A stretch of DNA of 64,000 nt from Sminthopsis crassicaudata (GCF_048593235.1 NC_133619.1:251796454-251860453), one strand, 5' to 3'. Positions 23,068 through 36,533 are shown, numbered from the stretch's first letter. Notes: generated by a model from the letters alone, not told the origin. Numbers and translations are program-made.

Positions 23068-23165
23068 CTGGCTCATTTTGGGCAATTCTTTTTCAGTTTT
23101 ATCTTTTTCTTTAGCTAAATCCTTAAGCATTTGTTTCAGCTGCTTCTGATAATCAATTGCATCAC
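23068..23165 (-). CDS. TBC1D8: TBC1D8 exon 19
   Basis: (G)DAIDYQKQLKQMLKDLAKEKDKTEKELPKMSQ; AG / GTAATG; 98 nt. Confidence 0.95.
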
Positions 23166-23701
23166 CTTGAGTCAGAGAAAACAAAGTGATAAAACCATTC
23201 AGTAAAAGCAAGAAGGAGCATAAAAATGATCTAAGAACAGAGGGGAACCATAAAGATAACTTTTTCAGTTTTATTTCAAGTATAACTTGGAAATGCCAAC
23301 AATATTAGTAAGGTTGTTGGGATTTACAAATATGAGCTTAAAGACAGGTCCTAGCAAACCCAAAGGACAAAGGTTTTCCAGTTCAGGGTTAAAGATTTCA
23401 ATATAATATGGAATTAAGGATTTTAATTACATACTTTCTATGTCAAAGATACTATAATAGCTTTTAATTTTCCCCCACATAGTTACAGACATGAAGGACT
23501 TGGATTTAATAAGGAAAAATCTTTTATAGGGCGATGATATAATTAAGAGGAGCCAGATATGAATGCATTCTGATTTGGGGAATCTTTATTTCCAAGGGAT
23601 TTGAGAAAATGGGGATAGTGGGTGGGGTATAAAGGTCATTTCAGCAATTAAGAGTATTATATCTAAAGGAAATATTTAAAAAGATTAAAGCCAATACATA
23701 C

Positions 23702-23791
23702 CATTTGACTTTCCAAAGACCAGGGGTCTTGAAGTTGACAACAGTGGATTCTTTAACGGTGATTGACTATCCTTGTCATTTTCAGTGAGAG
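23702..23791 (-). CDS. TBC1D8: TBC1D8 exon 18
   Basis: (A)LTENDKDSQSPLKNPLLSTSRPLVFGKSN; AG / GTATGT; 90 nt. Confidence 0.95.
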
Positions 23792-25378
23792 CTTTAAAAA
23801 AAAAGAAAAAAAAAGTAGCATTTAAATTCTCATCTAACTTTCTTTAAACTAGTTCTTAATTACAATTTAATGATATAAGTATACCTGGTTTAGTTCCAGT
23901 TTTGGATAATAAGACCTTGGATAAGTAACATCTTTGTCTTTAAATCTAGGTACCATTATCTTAGTTGGTAAAATCAGAATATTAAATCCTGTTTGGTAAT
24001 TTACTTCAGTCTGAAATAATTGGTGAAACCTCCACAAGATGGCACTGAAGTCTAAATTAGTAACATGTTTTTTAATAGGATTTCTATAGATAGATTTTTC
24101 AGGTGAATGCAGAGAGCACAAGATAATTTGTTTAAAGATAGTAAGAGTTTGGTTTTGAACCCCAATCCTATAATTCTAGGTTCATCACTCTTCCCTCTAA
24201 ATGTTCCAAGTGATCTTAACTAATACAAAGTAAGGTTTTTGAATTACCAAAATGAAAGGTGAACTATAGGACTTCTGGCTCTAAAACAGGAGTTTGGTTT
24301 TTTTTTAATTATATTTTTCAACATTGACTCTTGCAAAACCTCTCCCCATTCTCCCCTCCTTCCCCCCATTCTCTCCCCTGGCTGGCAGGTAGTCCAGTAC
24401 ATGTAAAATAGGAGTTATTAACCTCGTGTTAACTTCTTAAAATAGTACTTTTAAATATGTAAAAATGCATAGTATTACAAAGAAACATATCACATTGAAA
24501 TGATTATCAATATTTTGATATTCATGGACTCCAAGAAATTTACCCCTGCCCTGAGGGTGTTAAAAAACTATCTGAAATTTGTTTTTTGTGTTTGAGAGAA
24601 AATGAAACCAGAGCTATAGCTGATCTAGCTTGTTATATGACCTAGGGCCAGTCACAACCTACCTGCCTTGGCTTTAAATTTCTTGTAAAATGAGGTTAAT
24701 GCGTCACATCTCACAAGATTGTTGTGATTTCAAATGAGATAATGTCATTACAGTCCTGTGTAAACCCTAAAGTTGCCTTTTTAAGCTGTTATATGTGAAA
24801 ATGTCAGCCACTTGATTGAAATGGTCACATTTGTTTCACTTGGGTTCAGCTTGTAATCAGTAACATGATTGGGAACAGACTAGTCCTACATTTCAGCACC
24901 ATGATCCTAAACCATGAAGCCAAGTCAAGCTAACTGACTGAAAAAGATGGCTTTTCATGTACATCTTCCCTAAGTTCAATTTGGAGTTGACTACCCAGTG
25001 TTCCTTGGTTCCTCACTAACAAGTACCTCTTTTTGAGTAAAAGTTTGTTTGTCCTTTAGTTTTGTTTTCATTTACTTAAGTTTGGTCAAACTATTGTCCT
25101 TCCCTCCAGCTGCCACGCAGACCAAAATACCAATTAGCTTGAAGAAGAAAAGCAAGATAGCAGGTTGGCCCCCAAATCTCATTTGATATAAGTAAGCTTT
25201 GTAAAAATAAGATACCTTTAAAAAATTTGTTTTTCATATATTTTCTATATTCAGTAGAGTTCTGAATGTCTTTATAGGATGGTACCTCTTAAATTTGAAA
25301 CATCATCTACAGTATTTAGTAATGCATTACATGTGTCTATGGGTAGGCTAAAGAAGGTGTTTCTTTTTTATGTCTTAC

Positions 25379-25444
25379 CTGGAGGGAGGTGGAGCCTATA
25401 TAGAAGTTTTATTTTTTCATTCATTTCTCCATTATACATAATAT
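25379..25444 (-). CDS. TBC1D8: TBC1D8 exon 17
   Basis: (D)IMYNGEMNEKIKLLYRLHLPP; CAG / GTAAGA; 66 nt. Confidence 0.95.
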
Positions 25445-25909
25445 CTGCAAATGAGAAGTGGAAAATGTGTTATACTATATTCAACTAAAAGTAGAAATAG
25501 TTCACTTTGCATATGTGGCTTTTGATAATTCCACATTTTAAAAAAATTATCGATATAGGTTTTAGCAAATTTGAGTTTTGAACAAAACTCTGCAAAATAG
25601 CTCTTAGCTTTCTTTTTGACCTTTTTTAGGCAAAAGGGCTAGAATAAAATATTTTGTCGAATGAAAACATAGCACTTAACAGAAATTCAGTGTAATCAGT
25701 ATTAGTGAACTTAAATCTAGGTGCTTTCCAAATTTGCATCCTCATTACTGCCCATAGTCTTCGTTAATGAAATTTATACTTTAAAAGTTACCTTCAGAGT
25801 AGCAAAGATAGTTGGAAAGTTTGATGTTCAACTTAGTTTTCGATTTAGTCATCACAAACATTTTCTGGAAAGAACATACACTAGTATAATGTTACCCATA
25901 TAGTTTTAC

Positions 25910-26150
25910 CTAGGCAGACAGCAAACCCTTTGAATGCAATAAGATTATCCATGTTTTCATCCAGGAGGCGAAAAGTCCTTTCAGCCAGGATCTCAGTGTG
26001 GGCACCACATGTCCATGGAGAGACAAGTTTGTATAAGTTGGTGAACTGTTGAGCATCAATCAGATACTGTTCAGCATACGGTCTGTTGGGATTATGGTGT
26101 TGAAATGCAGGACTTGTCTGTTCCCAATAACAGCTTATCATATGTTCTCT
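25910..26150 (-). CDS. TBC1D8: TBC1D8 exon 16 (EF-hand-like region)
   Basis: REHMISCYWEQ...WTCGAHTEILAERTFRLLDENMDNLIAFKGFAVCL; AG / GTAAAA; 241 nt. Confidence 0.95.
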
Positions 26151-26922
26151 CTTAAAAAAAAAAAAAAAAAAAAAGTTAAATATGAACATGAGCCACTAGA
26201 ATGGAGGTTTCTAGGAACCATGGGAGAGATGAATCATTCACAACTTGTCTAATTTTATTTTTATGGTAATGTTAGGGGACAGTGCAGAAGAAGGTGGCAT
26301 TATGGAAATAACAGCACTTGGGGACCAGTTCCAGTGTGCCATTTTTAATGGCTTTGTGCCCATTTGCAAGTCATAGAATTGAGAACCAGAAAGAACTTGA
26401 TTCTTCACCAACTTCATTTTATGAAAAAGGAAAAAACAAAGGATTTTGCTTAAATGGTCACACTGGTATAAAGAAGCAAAAAGGATTTGAAACTAGGTTA
26501 GGTTATTTTACTCCAAATTCAGTACCCTTTAAAACTAATCTGTTAATTTCTCAGTCTATTTCTATTAGAAATTGAGTGCTAGTCTGTTCGCCTTTACTCC
26601 CCAAGTTCTCTCTTCTAACTAGGGGACTTCCATTTCAACAAATCCATATCGATTTATCCTTGTCTCCCATGAAGAGGTGGCCTTTCTTACTAAGCAAACT
26701 TCTCCACAAGCTCAGGTGATCCCATTCCATCCTATCTTCTGCAGATTGTCCCTTCTGTTATCCCAACTCTTTTCTACTATGGTTTTCCTGCTACCTACAT
26801 ATATGCCCAAGTTTCCCCCATCCTTAAAAATAACCTCACTTGATCATCCCAGTAGTTTGCACAGAATTTACTATCTACAAGTGAACTCCAATTCTTAATG
26901 GCTGTATGATCAGGAACAGGGC

Positions 26923-27035
26923 TTTAGTTTTTGTAAACCCTAAAAGTGTTATAAAAAAGGAGTTTTGGCTTATTATTCAGGTTTTAGTTTTCTTTGTAAA
27001 CCTTAAAGTGTTATAAAAAGGTGTTTTGGCTTATT
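26923..27035. repeat. Two-copy tandem duplication, ~60 bp period
   Basis: TTTAGTTT..TGTAAACC.TAAA.GTGTTATAAAAAGG.GTTTTGGCTTATT starting at 26923 and 26983. Confidence 0.85.
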
Positions 27036-28068
27036 CCCTAAGACATGATCACCTGCCACTCAAATACAAAATCCAGTGTGGCACAAATTAGGTGTAGCAC
27101 CTCATTTATCCAAGCATTGGTGTGAAATGGTACTCCAGAGTGACTCTTCCAATTAATGTTTAGATAAAAGCAAAGTTTTAGGAACAAACAAACCCCACAA
27201 CTTTTTGAAAGAAATCTTCCTAAAATGCACCATACTTCCTTGACTTCCAATGCATAGTATTTTAAACATAGTCAAACCTTTCAAAGTCACAATCATTTGT
27301 GACTTTTATTATGGCCCCCAAACTTGTTAATGGCAGGATATTTGCACCCACACAAAAAGATGTTAGATGCTGTGGTTCTTAAAATTCCTGTGTCTTTTTC
27401 ATGGTTTCTCCTTCAACAGTCATTTCTTGCCATCAGAGATCATTTCTTGTCATCTTTCCCATACCACCCTCATTACTTTTCTACTTTTCACCTGCATGCT
27501 AACAATCAATTGAACACAATTTGTTCAAATTGTGCTTAAAATTAGAACTGCCAAAATGTGAATGGAGCATGTATAAGATAAATTTTATAACACTTATTTT
27601 ATCTATTTAGAGACCTTTCACTACTGAGTTTGCAGCTCTCTTCTAGAATCTTGGGGTTCCCAGAGGATTTATCATTAAACTTAGAACAGTTCACTTAGAA
27701 TCCTACCTTTACTGATGCTTCCCAAGTTCTGAATACTGGATAATTTGGTTTTCTGCCTAGATAACAAGGAGATGCTAGGTGGCGCTGTAGTGCATAAAAT
27801 GTCAAACCTGAAGTAAAGAAAATCCAGATACTCAGCTCCCCTCCCCAGGGCCAACAGAACCCTGTTTGCCTTAATTTCCTCATTTGCAAAATAAGCTGGA
27901 GAAGGAAATGACCAACCAAGAAAACCCCAACTGAGGTCACGAGACTGAACAACAACAAATAAAAAAGTTTTTCTTAGCATTATTACAGATTTTTTCAAAG
28001 ACAGCTCTGAATGATATATCAATCACAAAAAAGCTTTAAGTTTTCCTTTAACTTCTTGACATTCATAC

Positions 28069-28137
28069 CTTGAATAAGTCATAGAGTTCTTCTAAATCTT
28101 CAGGGAGAATTGATACTTCTGGGATAACAACCCGGAG
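28069..28137 (-). CDS. TBC1D8: TBC1D8 exon 15
   Basis: LRVVIPEVSILPEDLEELYDLFK; AG / GTATGA; 69 nt. Confidence 0.95.
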
Positions 28138-28402
28138 CTTTAAGAAAAGGAAAAACCTGGAGTGAAAACCTGCTTCCATGTATGGGGAAGAGTAAAACAG
28201 GTCACATGGGGAAGTCCAGAAAATTAGGCTCAGTCATGCATAAAAATTCGAAATGTAAACTTCCCTTTCTCTAAAGTCACTCATACATGTCTGGTGACTT
28301 AGTGCTGTAATACTTCTAGAAAGTAAATGTGGAATGTAAAAAAAAAAAAATCGGGATTCCCACCATATGCTGGGCACAGCAGCCATTCTGAGCTTCACTT
28401 AC

Positions 28403-28501
28403 GACATTCTGTTTTGTTGTGTCTTCGTGACCTTGGAGAACTCGGATCCGATGTCTGCAACGCATATGCTCAATCATTTCCACTGACTGGTCTCCAAATT
28501 T
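28403..28501 (-). CDS. TBC1D8: TBC1D8 exon 14
   Basis: KFGDQSVEMIEHMRCRHRIRVLQGHEDTTKQNV; CAG / GTAAGT; 99 nt. Confidence 0.95.
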
Positions 28502-28537
28502 CTGCAATAAAATATACGCTTGAAAAATAACTTCATA

Positions 28538-28690
28538 GGGGCAACTAGGTGGTGCAGTGGATAGAGCATCAGCCTTGAAGTCAGGAGGACCTGAGTTCAA
28601 ATGTGGCCTCAGATATTTAACACTTCCTAGCTGTGTGACCCTGGGCACGTCACTTAACCCCAATTTTAGCAAAAAACAAAACAAACAAAA
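28538..28690 (+). mobile_element. WSINE1-like SINE in TBC1D8 intron 13
   Basis: Full SINE body plus A-rich tail; partial TSD (CTTCATA on both sides). Confidence 0.85.
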
Positions 28691-28775
28691 AAACCTTCAT
28701 ATATAGAAACAGCAAATGCAAACTGTATAATTTCACTATTCCTTTAAAAAAAAGTTTCCAGGTAGACCTTCTTAC

Positions 28776-28905
28776 CTCATAGGAGTCCCGAATTAGATCT
28801 GCTATATCTGTCACAGGGTAGGGTTCCTGATCATCAGAGAAAAAGGCATGATGATTTCCAATTGGTGGTCCAGGACTTTCTTCATTTTTAACATGATCCA
28901 GAAAC
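28776..28905 (-). CDS. TBC1D8: TBC1D8 exon 13
   Basis: (R)FLDHVKNEESPGPPIGNHHAFFSDDQEPYPVTDIADLIRDSYE; TAG / GTAAGA; 130 nt. Confidence 0.95.
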
Positions 28906-29034
28906 CTAAATAGAACCACCAACCCATTCAAAGACATGCTGTCACCCTTACAGCACAATATCACCCCCATTTGTAACATCCAGTTTTAATTATAAAGATG
29001 CAATGTTGAAATCCTTTTTAAAAATAAAAGTACA

Positions 29035-29165
29035 GGGGCAGCTAGATGGTGCTGAAGTCAGGAGGACCTGAGTTCAAATGTGACCTTAGACACTTAATAC
29101 TTCCTAGCTGTGTGACCCTAGGTAAGTCACTTAATCCCAATTGCCTCACCAAAAACAAATAAATA
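29035..29165 (+). mobile_element. WSINE1-like SINE with internal deletion
   Basis: SINE body lacking ~20 nt after GGTGC; AAAGTACA on both sides. Confidence 0.8.
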
Positions 29166-30222
29166 AATTTTAAAAAATAAATAAAGTACATCATTATTAC
29201 ATTTTAAAAAAAGATAGTTTTCAGAGATATATCTTGCAGTTTTTAAAACTGGAAAAGACCAAAAATATTTTGTGATTCTAATTCAATGAGTACTAGTAAC
29301 CCCTTAATGAATTTTCTCAAGCTGAATGTCTCTCAAGACATGGCATGTGTAAAAGATTTGTCTGTTACACAGAATTAATATTATTTATGTGATAATAGTA
29401 ATAAAATTTTTTACCAGTTTCTTTTATGTCACCATTTAAAAAAAATATCCCTTACCTCAATGAGCTCATCTTTTAAAGAAAAAAATAAACAAGTTAAATG
29501 CTATCTATTTTTCCAAAGTGCTTTTACACAGATCCCATTTGATCTTCATAAAACTCTGTGAGGTAGATAGCGCTAGGTACTTTTAACCCTCATTTTACAA
29601 AAAAAAAGAAACATACAGAGTGGTTAAATGTTCTGTCCAAGTGAAATGGTCAGGATTAGAAAACATTCTCTTCAAATTATGAAGTTTAGCAATCAATATT
29701 GCTTCCTACACATAAAGCAATACGTTTAGGATTTGTATTCAAATGTTAGTAGGCCTTCCCCCCCCCCCCCCTATTATTTTACATGGTTCTAAAATGTTCT
29801 TGATCAGGCCTGAGGATTCTATACTTCAATGAAGAACTACACAATTGAACTTTGTTTTAAAAGTGCATAAATCCTTTGACTTTCTAAGACCCTTCTTCAT
29901 GATGTAAGGGGTAAGTTCAAGGAAGGGGGAGTTCCCATATCTAGACTTGTTGAAGTAAAAGGTAAGTAGTGTTCCATACCACAGAGATATAAACCATCAA
30001 TCATAAGAAGCATGGCAATGACTGAATCCAAATGATAAAAATTATGCAGTGGCAGGATAAAATCAGGAAGCTATCCTTGCTGTAAGGGTCCCACCAGCAC
30101 GTTTGTAGTATTTCCTTAAGTAACTTTCCAATACGATAGCTTCAATGTAACTCTACCCCTCTTCCTACCCCCTCCCTGATAATTTTAGGACAAGGTAAAA
30201 ACATGATGGGAAGGTTACCAAC

Positions 30223-30508
30223 CTGCTAAGGATCATCAAGGCTTGGCCATCATCTTTGCTGCCACACAATTCCACTGCGTTTGCTTCTAGCACAGCTAGC
30301 CCCAGTTGGAAGATGGCTTTGATCCCATCATAGAAAAAACAGTCTACAACATTCACAGCACTTTCTAAAGGCATGATGCTCAGGAACAAAGTCAGGAACC
30401 ATGAAAGGGAAATGGAAGCCAGAGTGGATAGATCCTTCATGTGTTCAGCCAGTTCTGGAAGTCTATCTCTTATAAGTTCCTCAAAGACTGACTGGTCTAC
30501 TTGGGCTC
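30223..30508 (-). CDS. TBC1D8: TBC1D8 exon 12 (TBC domain C-terminal half)
   Basis: (G)[23 protein letters not shown]...[29 protein letters not shown]...LMILS; CAG / GTTGGT; 286 nt. Confidence 0.96.
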
Positions 30509-31820
30509 CTGGAACAAACACTGGGAGTTAGAATTAAGAAGGAAGGGAATAAGCATTTATATAGGGCCTATTACAAGCCAGACATTGTGCTAAGTGTTTT
30601 ACAAAAACCTTATTTATAATGTCTCATCAAGTTAGGTGCTGTTGTTAACTACAGTTGAGGAAAGAGAGGCAAACAGGTTAAGTCACAGCTAGGAAGTGTC
30701 CGAGACCAAATTTCAACTCAGAGCTTCCTATCTGCAGGCTCAGTACTCAATTCACTGTAACACCCTATTTCCTCTCATAAGAAAAGAAAAGCAGTCAGGG
30801 TCATTTTTCTTCATCTAGTTCTACTGCCCACAAAATTAGGTAGTAACACAAGGCTGGTAAGTCCCTGGTGAAGATATTTGGGATTCCCCTTTTGGCTAGC
30901 CCACATCTTCAATCACAAACGAATCCCTAGTTTCCGTTATATAGCCAAACTCATTCCTGAGTCTTCCACATCCTTCTCTGCTTAAGCCATTCATTTAAAA
31001 AGAACCCCGAACTCACATCTCCCGACTGTCCTGAAATCCCCTAAACAAACAAAAAATAATAATTATTATTATTCCCTTCATGATGTGGGGATAATTACCA
31101 CATATCAGTAATTAACAGCCAGCAACTGACAAATTAAGCATTTTTAAAAATTGAATTTTTGACTATGGGTTTGGTGAATCATTCATTTTACCCCTGCTTA
31201 TTTATGTGCCTGCTCTGCACTTTGTCTTGCATTGCTGCCAGGATGTCAAGAGACTAATTGCTTTGCCCAGGGCCATAAAGCTTTCAGGACTTGAATTCAG
31301 GTTTTCTGACTTTAAGGCTAACTCCAGCCAGTACATCTTAAATTCATCTGAAAAACCCAAAGTACAAATTTCTACCATATTCTTAAATTTTAGAAGTTTC
31401 ATTTCTCAACATAAGTCTTACCATAGAATCTTTCCTTGTAACTAAGAATAAGAAAGAAACAAAATTGATGAAGCCATTACATGTGGTATCATATACTTCA
31501 TTTCTACCAAGGAAAGAAGTAAGTTTCATTATTTACCCTTAAAGGACAAAGAAAGGCATTGCATTGATCTGAATGTGCCTTTCAGGATTTTTGTACACAG
31601 AATGCGGAGCTTGGAGTCCTCCAAATTCACATGAGTTCAAATCCATCCTTAAATACTAACTATGTGCTTCTGAGCAAGTCACTTAATCCTATTTGCTTCA
31701 GGTTCCCAATCTGTAAAACAAAACTAGAGAAGGAAATGGCAAAAACCACTCCCAAAATTTTTGGCAAGAAAACCTCAAATGGGGTCATGAAGAGTCACAA
31801 AGACTGAACAACTTAACAAG

Positions 31821-31822
<2 letters not shown>

Positions 31823-31862
<40 letters not shown>
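31823..31862. repeat. (TA)n microsatellite
   Basis: About 20 perfect TA units. Confidence 0.95.
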
Positions 31863-31865
<3 letters not shown>

Positions 31866-32744
31866 CCTGCTTGTCTTCTTGATATCTATAACTGCAATCT
31901 CAGTTCTATGAAAGGTAAAATGAAGAACAGAACAAGATGTTATTATGATCAACAAAGAATGCCAAAAGAGATAATTAAGACAAATAAAAGTTTACCCTGT
32001 AGTATGAATTATCTAATTTGTCTATAGTCACTGATGATATTCAATCAAGTTTTGGATCTAAGTCTCCTTTAAATTAAGTTGTTTATAAAACCTATATAGA
32101 GCATTTATGCAACAACTTTGTTTAAAAAAAAAACAATTTTGATTACAGAATTTTATTCAATGCCAATTCTACATTGCATTGTAGACAGGGGATGAGCCTA
32201 GAATGCAGACTGATGCTTTTTTTTTTTTTTTTTTTTTTTTGAGGAGGCAGGGTTTTGCTAAATGCAGAAATTTGTTTACTTGACAGTGTATAATCATTAC
32301 ATGGGTTTTGTTTTTCACAGTGGGGGGAGCAGATAGGATGAAGAGAAGGTGAATTTTCCTTAATTTAAAAAAAAAAAAAAAAAAAACTTTTATGTACATG
32401 GAAATTATTACTGTAAACAGAAGGCAAGAAATATGTTTTCTAATTTTTGGGCAGTCCCTAATACTATTGCTGTTATTTAATCATATATCAACTCTGTGAC
32501 CCCATTTGGGAATTTTTCTGGATAAAGGTAATGGAGAAGTTTGTAATTTCCATTTCCAGCTCATTTTACAAATAAGGAAATTGAGGCAAACAGAGTTAAA
32601 TAACTCAGAGATATATAAACATTAAGTGCCTAAGGCCAGATTTGAACTATATTAGAATTAGGGTAAGACTCTAGGTCCAGCACTCTATCTACTTAGCAGC
32701 CCTAGTCCTAATACAATAAAAGATGTTTAATTAATTGTGTAAAT

Positions 32745-32906
32745 CAGGGGCATCAAACTCAAAACAGAAATGAATCCCTGCAGGCTTCATACTGACTTAG
32801 AAAACCACAAATTAACATTATATAATACCTCATTTTAAATTATTTTGTTAAACCTTTCCCAATTACATTTTTTCTTCTAGCCCTAAGGCGAGTTTTGCAC
32901 ACTCTG
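32745..32906. mobile_element. Old hAT-type MITE
   Basis: Degenerate TIRs CAGGGGCATCAAACTC and GAGTTTTGCACACTCTG; no clear TSD. Confidence 0.55.
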
Positions 32907-32954
32907 CCTAGTTTATATATTATGATTTTGCTGACAGAAGAAGTACAAACTTAC

Positions 32955-33072
32955 CTATTACTCGATGATTGAAGTAATCTGGCAACATCCGTTCACACAC
33001 AGCAACCAGAAGCCAAAATGCTTCTTCCTCTTTGGCATATAGGAGTAACACAGATGTCAGAATGTTCATTGA
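32955..33072 (-). CDS. TBC1D8: TBC1D8 exon 11 (TBC domain)
   Basis: [39 protein letters not shown]; CAG / GTAAGT; 118 nt. Confidence 0.96.
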
Positions 33073-34627
33073 CTGCACAGAATTCAAGGGAAGAAAGAGA
33101 TTATTGTTTATTTTCAGTTCATTCATTCAAAAAAATGTATTGTTTATCTGCTGTAGACAGGGCATTGCATGAGAAATATTTAAATAAGATAGCACATGCC
33201 CTCACAGAATTAATATGAAGGATAGCAGTACAAAACATGAACATGTAACTAACATACAATACTATCTTTTAAGTTCATTAGTTGAAAAACAAAGTGCTAT
33301 ATAAAAAGGAAAGGTTGTTACTAATGGGGTTTCATGGAAAAGGCAACAGCTGGGCTTGATTTTAAAGGATGGGTAAGAATTCAGATGAATACGAAAAGAT
33401 ATTCTAGGCAGGGGGAATGGTATCAGCAAAAATATGGTGATTGTGGGAAAATGTAATGGGGACGTGCATTTATAAAGCTCCTAGTATTGATCAACTTTTA
33501 TTAAATATCTACTACGTGTCTGGCATTGTACAAAGCCTTTACATAAATTATCTCACTTGATCTTTACAATAACCCGAGGAAGGTACTATTATTACTTGTA
33601 CTTTATAGATAAGAAAACAGAGTGACTTGCTCAGAACAGACCCTATTTGAATTCAGGTCTGTCTATCCTGGAGCAGCTGATGGCAGAGTGGATAAAAAAT
33701 GCTGGCTCTGAAGTCAGAAAGACTCATCTTTTTAAATCCAAATCTGGCCCCGGATATTTACTAGCTATGTGATTCCAGGTAAGTCACTTTACCCTGTTGC
33801 TTCCAATTCTTCAATTATAACATTAGCTGGAGAGGGAAATGGAAACCACTACAGTATCTTTGTTCAGAAAAACCCAAATCTTCATGTTGGACATGATTGA
33901 AAAAGAAACTGAACAACTATCTAGCCTGACTCAAGCTCAATTCTTTGTCTAATGTGCCACCTAGTGTCTTCCAACAGGAAATAAAAGACTTCATTTGGGG
34001 CAGAAAGTCTATTTTGGTTAAATATAATATGCACAATAGGGAGTGACATGAAATAATAAAATGAAGGCTTTAAATGGTTCCACACAACAACGGCCCTGAA
34101 TGCCAAGAAAAGGAATTTAAAACTTTATTACTGGGAGCCAATGAAGATTGATATGATCAGATCAAAGCAAAATAGAAAAGATGCTTTGTATGTGGAAACA
34201 AAAGTGAATCACATTAACACAAAGGGGGAGAGAAAACAATATTAGCAGGGTCAATTTCATTTTGTTCCTGTATCCCAGTGCTTACCACAAAGTACTGGGC
34301 ACATGGGGATGATGCTGAATGAATCCTTGATAATGGTGTCATTGGTTAGTTTTCTGATGTTAGGTGACAGAGTTAGAAACTACCAAAGGAAACCCTTGTC
34401 ACAATAATGCATGTGAAACAGACACAGTGTAATGAAGCAAGTATGTTATATCAAGTCAGGGTAGGTCACCCTACAAGTCTGGATGCAGTAATCCATACTA
34501 ATTGTACAGACAAGCAAAAGTCCAAAGACAATTTCAATCTGCTCCAAACTATTCAGTGTTCAAGCACAGACACGTAGAGTTTATAGTTTCTACGAATCCT
34601 GTATATTCCCTGAAAATTCAAGTTTAA

Positions 34628-34819
34628 ACTGTTTGGACATGTATACATATATTGTATTTAATTTATACTTTAACATATTTAACATGTATTGGTCAATTTG
34701 CATCTGGGGGGGGAGGAAGGGAAAAATTAGAACAAAAGGTTTGGCAATTGTCAATGTTGTAAAATTACCCATGCATATATCTGGTAAATAAAAACTATTA
34801 AAATAATAATAAAAAACAA
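34628..34819 (+). mobile_element. 5'-truncated young L1 3' end
   Basis: Perfect 16-bp TSD GAAAATTCAAGTTTAA at 34612-34627 and 34820-34835; AATAAA and A-rich tail. Confidence 0.9.
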
Positions 34820-35721
34820 GAAAATTCAAGTTTAACATCTTAAACATTCATATGCCACAAACTTCTACAATCTAAATTGGAGCTGTTTTCCTGCTCAGTT
34901 TTCATCTTACTTTTGTTATTTAGTTAATTTTCAGTCATGCCCAATTCTTTGTGACCCCATTTGGGGTTTCCTTAGTAGAGATACTGGAATGGTTTGACAT
35001 TTCCTCCTCCAGTTCATTTTACAAATGAGGAAACTGAGGCAAACAGGGTTAAGTGACTTGCCTTAGGTCATACAGCTAGTAAAATGTCTGAGTCCAGATT
35101 TGACCTCAGAAAGATGAATATTCCTGACTCCAGACATGGAATTCTATCCACCTTGCCACCTAATTGCCTTTACTCTTAGCAGCATGCATATCATTTATGA
35201 AATCACAAAAATCTAGAGCAGTACAATTAGGAGTTTCTCTATCTTTTTTTCTTCTTCTTAAAAGAATTATCTATCCTTTGAGTCTACTCAAGGATTATTA
35301 TATTTCAATACATTTCAATACTATTATATTTCAATACATTTTCAACTATTACACATACTGTTAAACATATGATGCTGTGTGAGGAAATTCAACCCCATTT
35401 TATAGACAGTAAAATTGAGGCAGAGGAGGAGGACATTAACTTCTTTGGAGCCAGACAATAAGTTACCTAATTCATGATGCTCCTCATACTAATTATTATT
35501 CATTTAAAATATTTATTTTATATTTAATTTTCTCCACAATTACATATAAAAAATTTAACATTTATTCTTTTAACATTTTTAGTTCCAAATTCTCTCCCTT
35601 TCTCCTTCTCTTATTGAGAGAAGGCAAGCAATTTTATATTTAAAATTTCAAATGTTGGGGTAAAGCAAATATGGTTTCCTATGGAGACCTAAGGTAAATA
35701 AACACATTATCCTGTCTTCAC

Positions 35722-35936
35722 CTGGCAGTATCCAATCTTGGGATTTCGGTGAGCATAGGCCGTCAGCACTCTCCTCAAGGCAGCAATGCCTGTTTCATTT
35801 TGGAAGGCAGGATGCTCTGGTAGGGAGCGGTGCAAATCTCGCTCTATTTCCTCTGTTACTAGGCAACACTTGCCCATCGACTCCTCTACCAGATTCCCAT
35901 AGTAACCAGGATGAGAGGCAAGATCAGTTACAGCAT
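35722..35936 (-). CDS. TBC1D8: TBC1D8 exon 10 (TBC Rab-GAP catalytic motifs)
   Basis: (D)[12 protein letters not shown]...[18 protein letters not shown]...GYCQ, containing the IxxDxxR arginine finger and the start of the YxQ glutamine finger; 215 nt. Confidence 0.97.
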
Positions 35937-36384
35937 CTGAGGATTTTTTAAACAATACATGTGCAAAAGGAATTAATAATTATTTTCAGGACAATGTCAC
36001 CATGGGAGTTATATTTGTCAAAGAATATCCATGTTTTTTGGTATGATGGAAAATATAAAAGTACTTTAAAACTATACACAACTGAGTTACTTTTCTTGCA
36101 AAGCCTTGATGCAGAAGAATTATTAACATTCTTTTATAAAATGCATGTTGGATTAGGAAAAAAATAATATAGTTCATATTGAAAATAAATACCACTTATG
36201 AACTTTTTAAAAATTACTTTTAACAGTATACATTTCCCCATGACAGGATTATGCATGGGTATACATATAGTTTTCTTTAATTTGGCAGTTAAAGGAATTA
36301 AACTATATTAATTAAAACATTTCATTATTATGGTGAAAACAGATTTGGTCTCACAGATCTAAAAGATCTGGGAGAGTCAAAACA

Positions 36385-36533
36385 ATTTTCACAATAATAT
36401 TAAGATTTTTTTATTCCTAATATAGTAAATATCAAAAGCTACAACCCAAAAGAAAATCTCTTTGGTGAGGTCCTCAATAATTTTGTAAAATATAAAGAGA
36501 TACTGAAACAAAAAAAAATTTTTTTAAGAACCA
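36385..36533. mobile_element. hAT-Charlie-like MITE (family B)
   Basis: TA.GTAAATAT..A.AGCTA.AA..CA.A...AAA..TCTTTGG..TCCTCAA motif also at 54125-54280. Confidence 0.5.
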
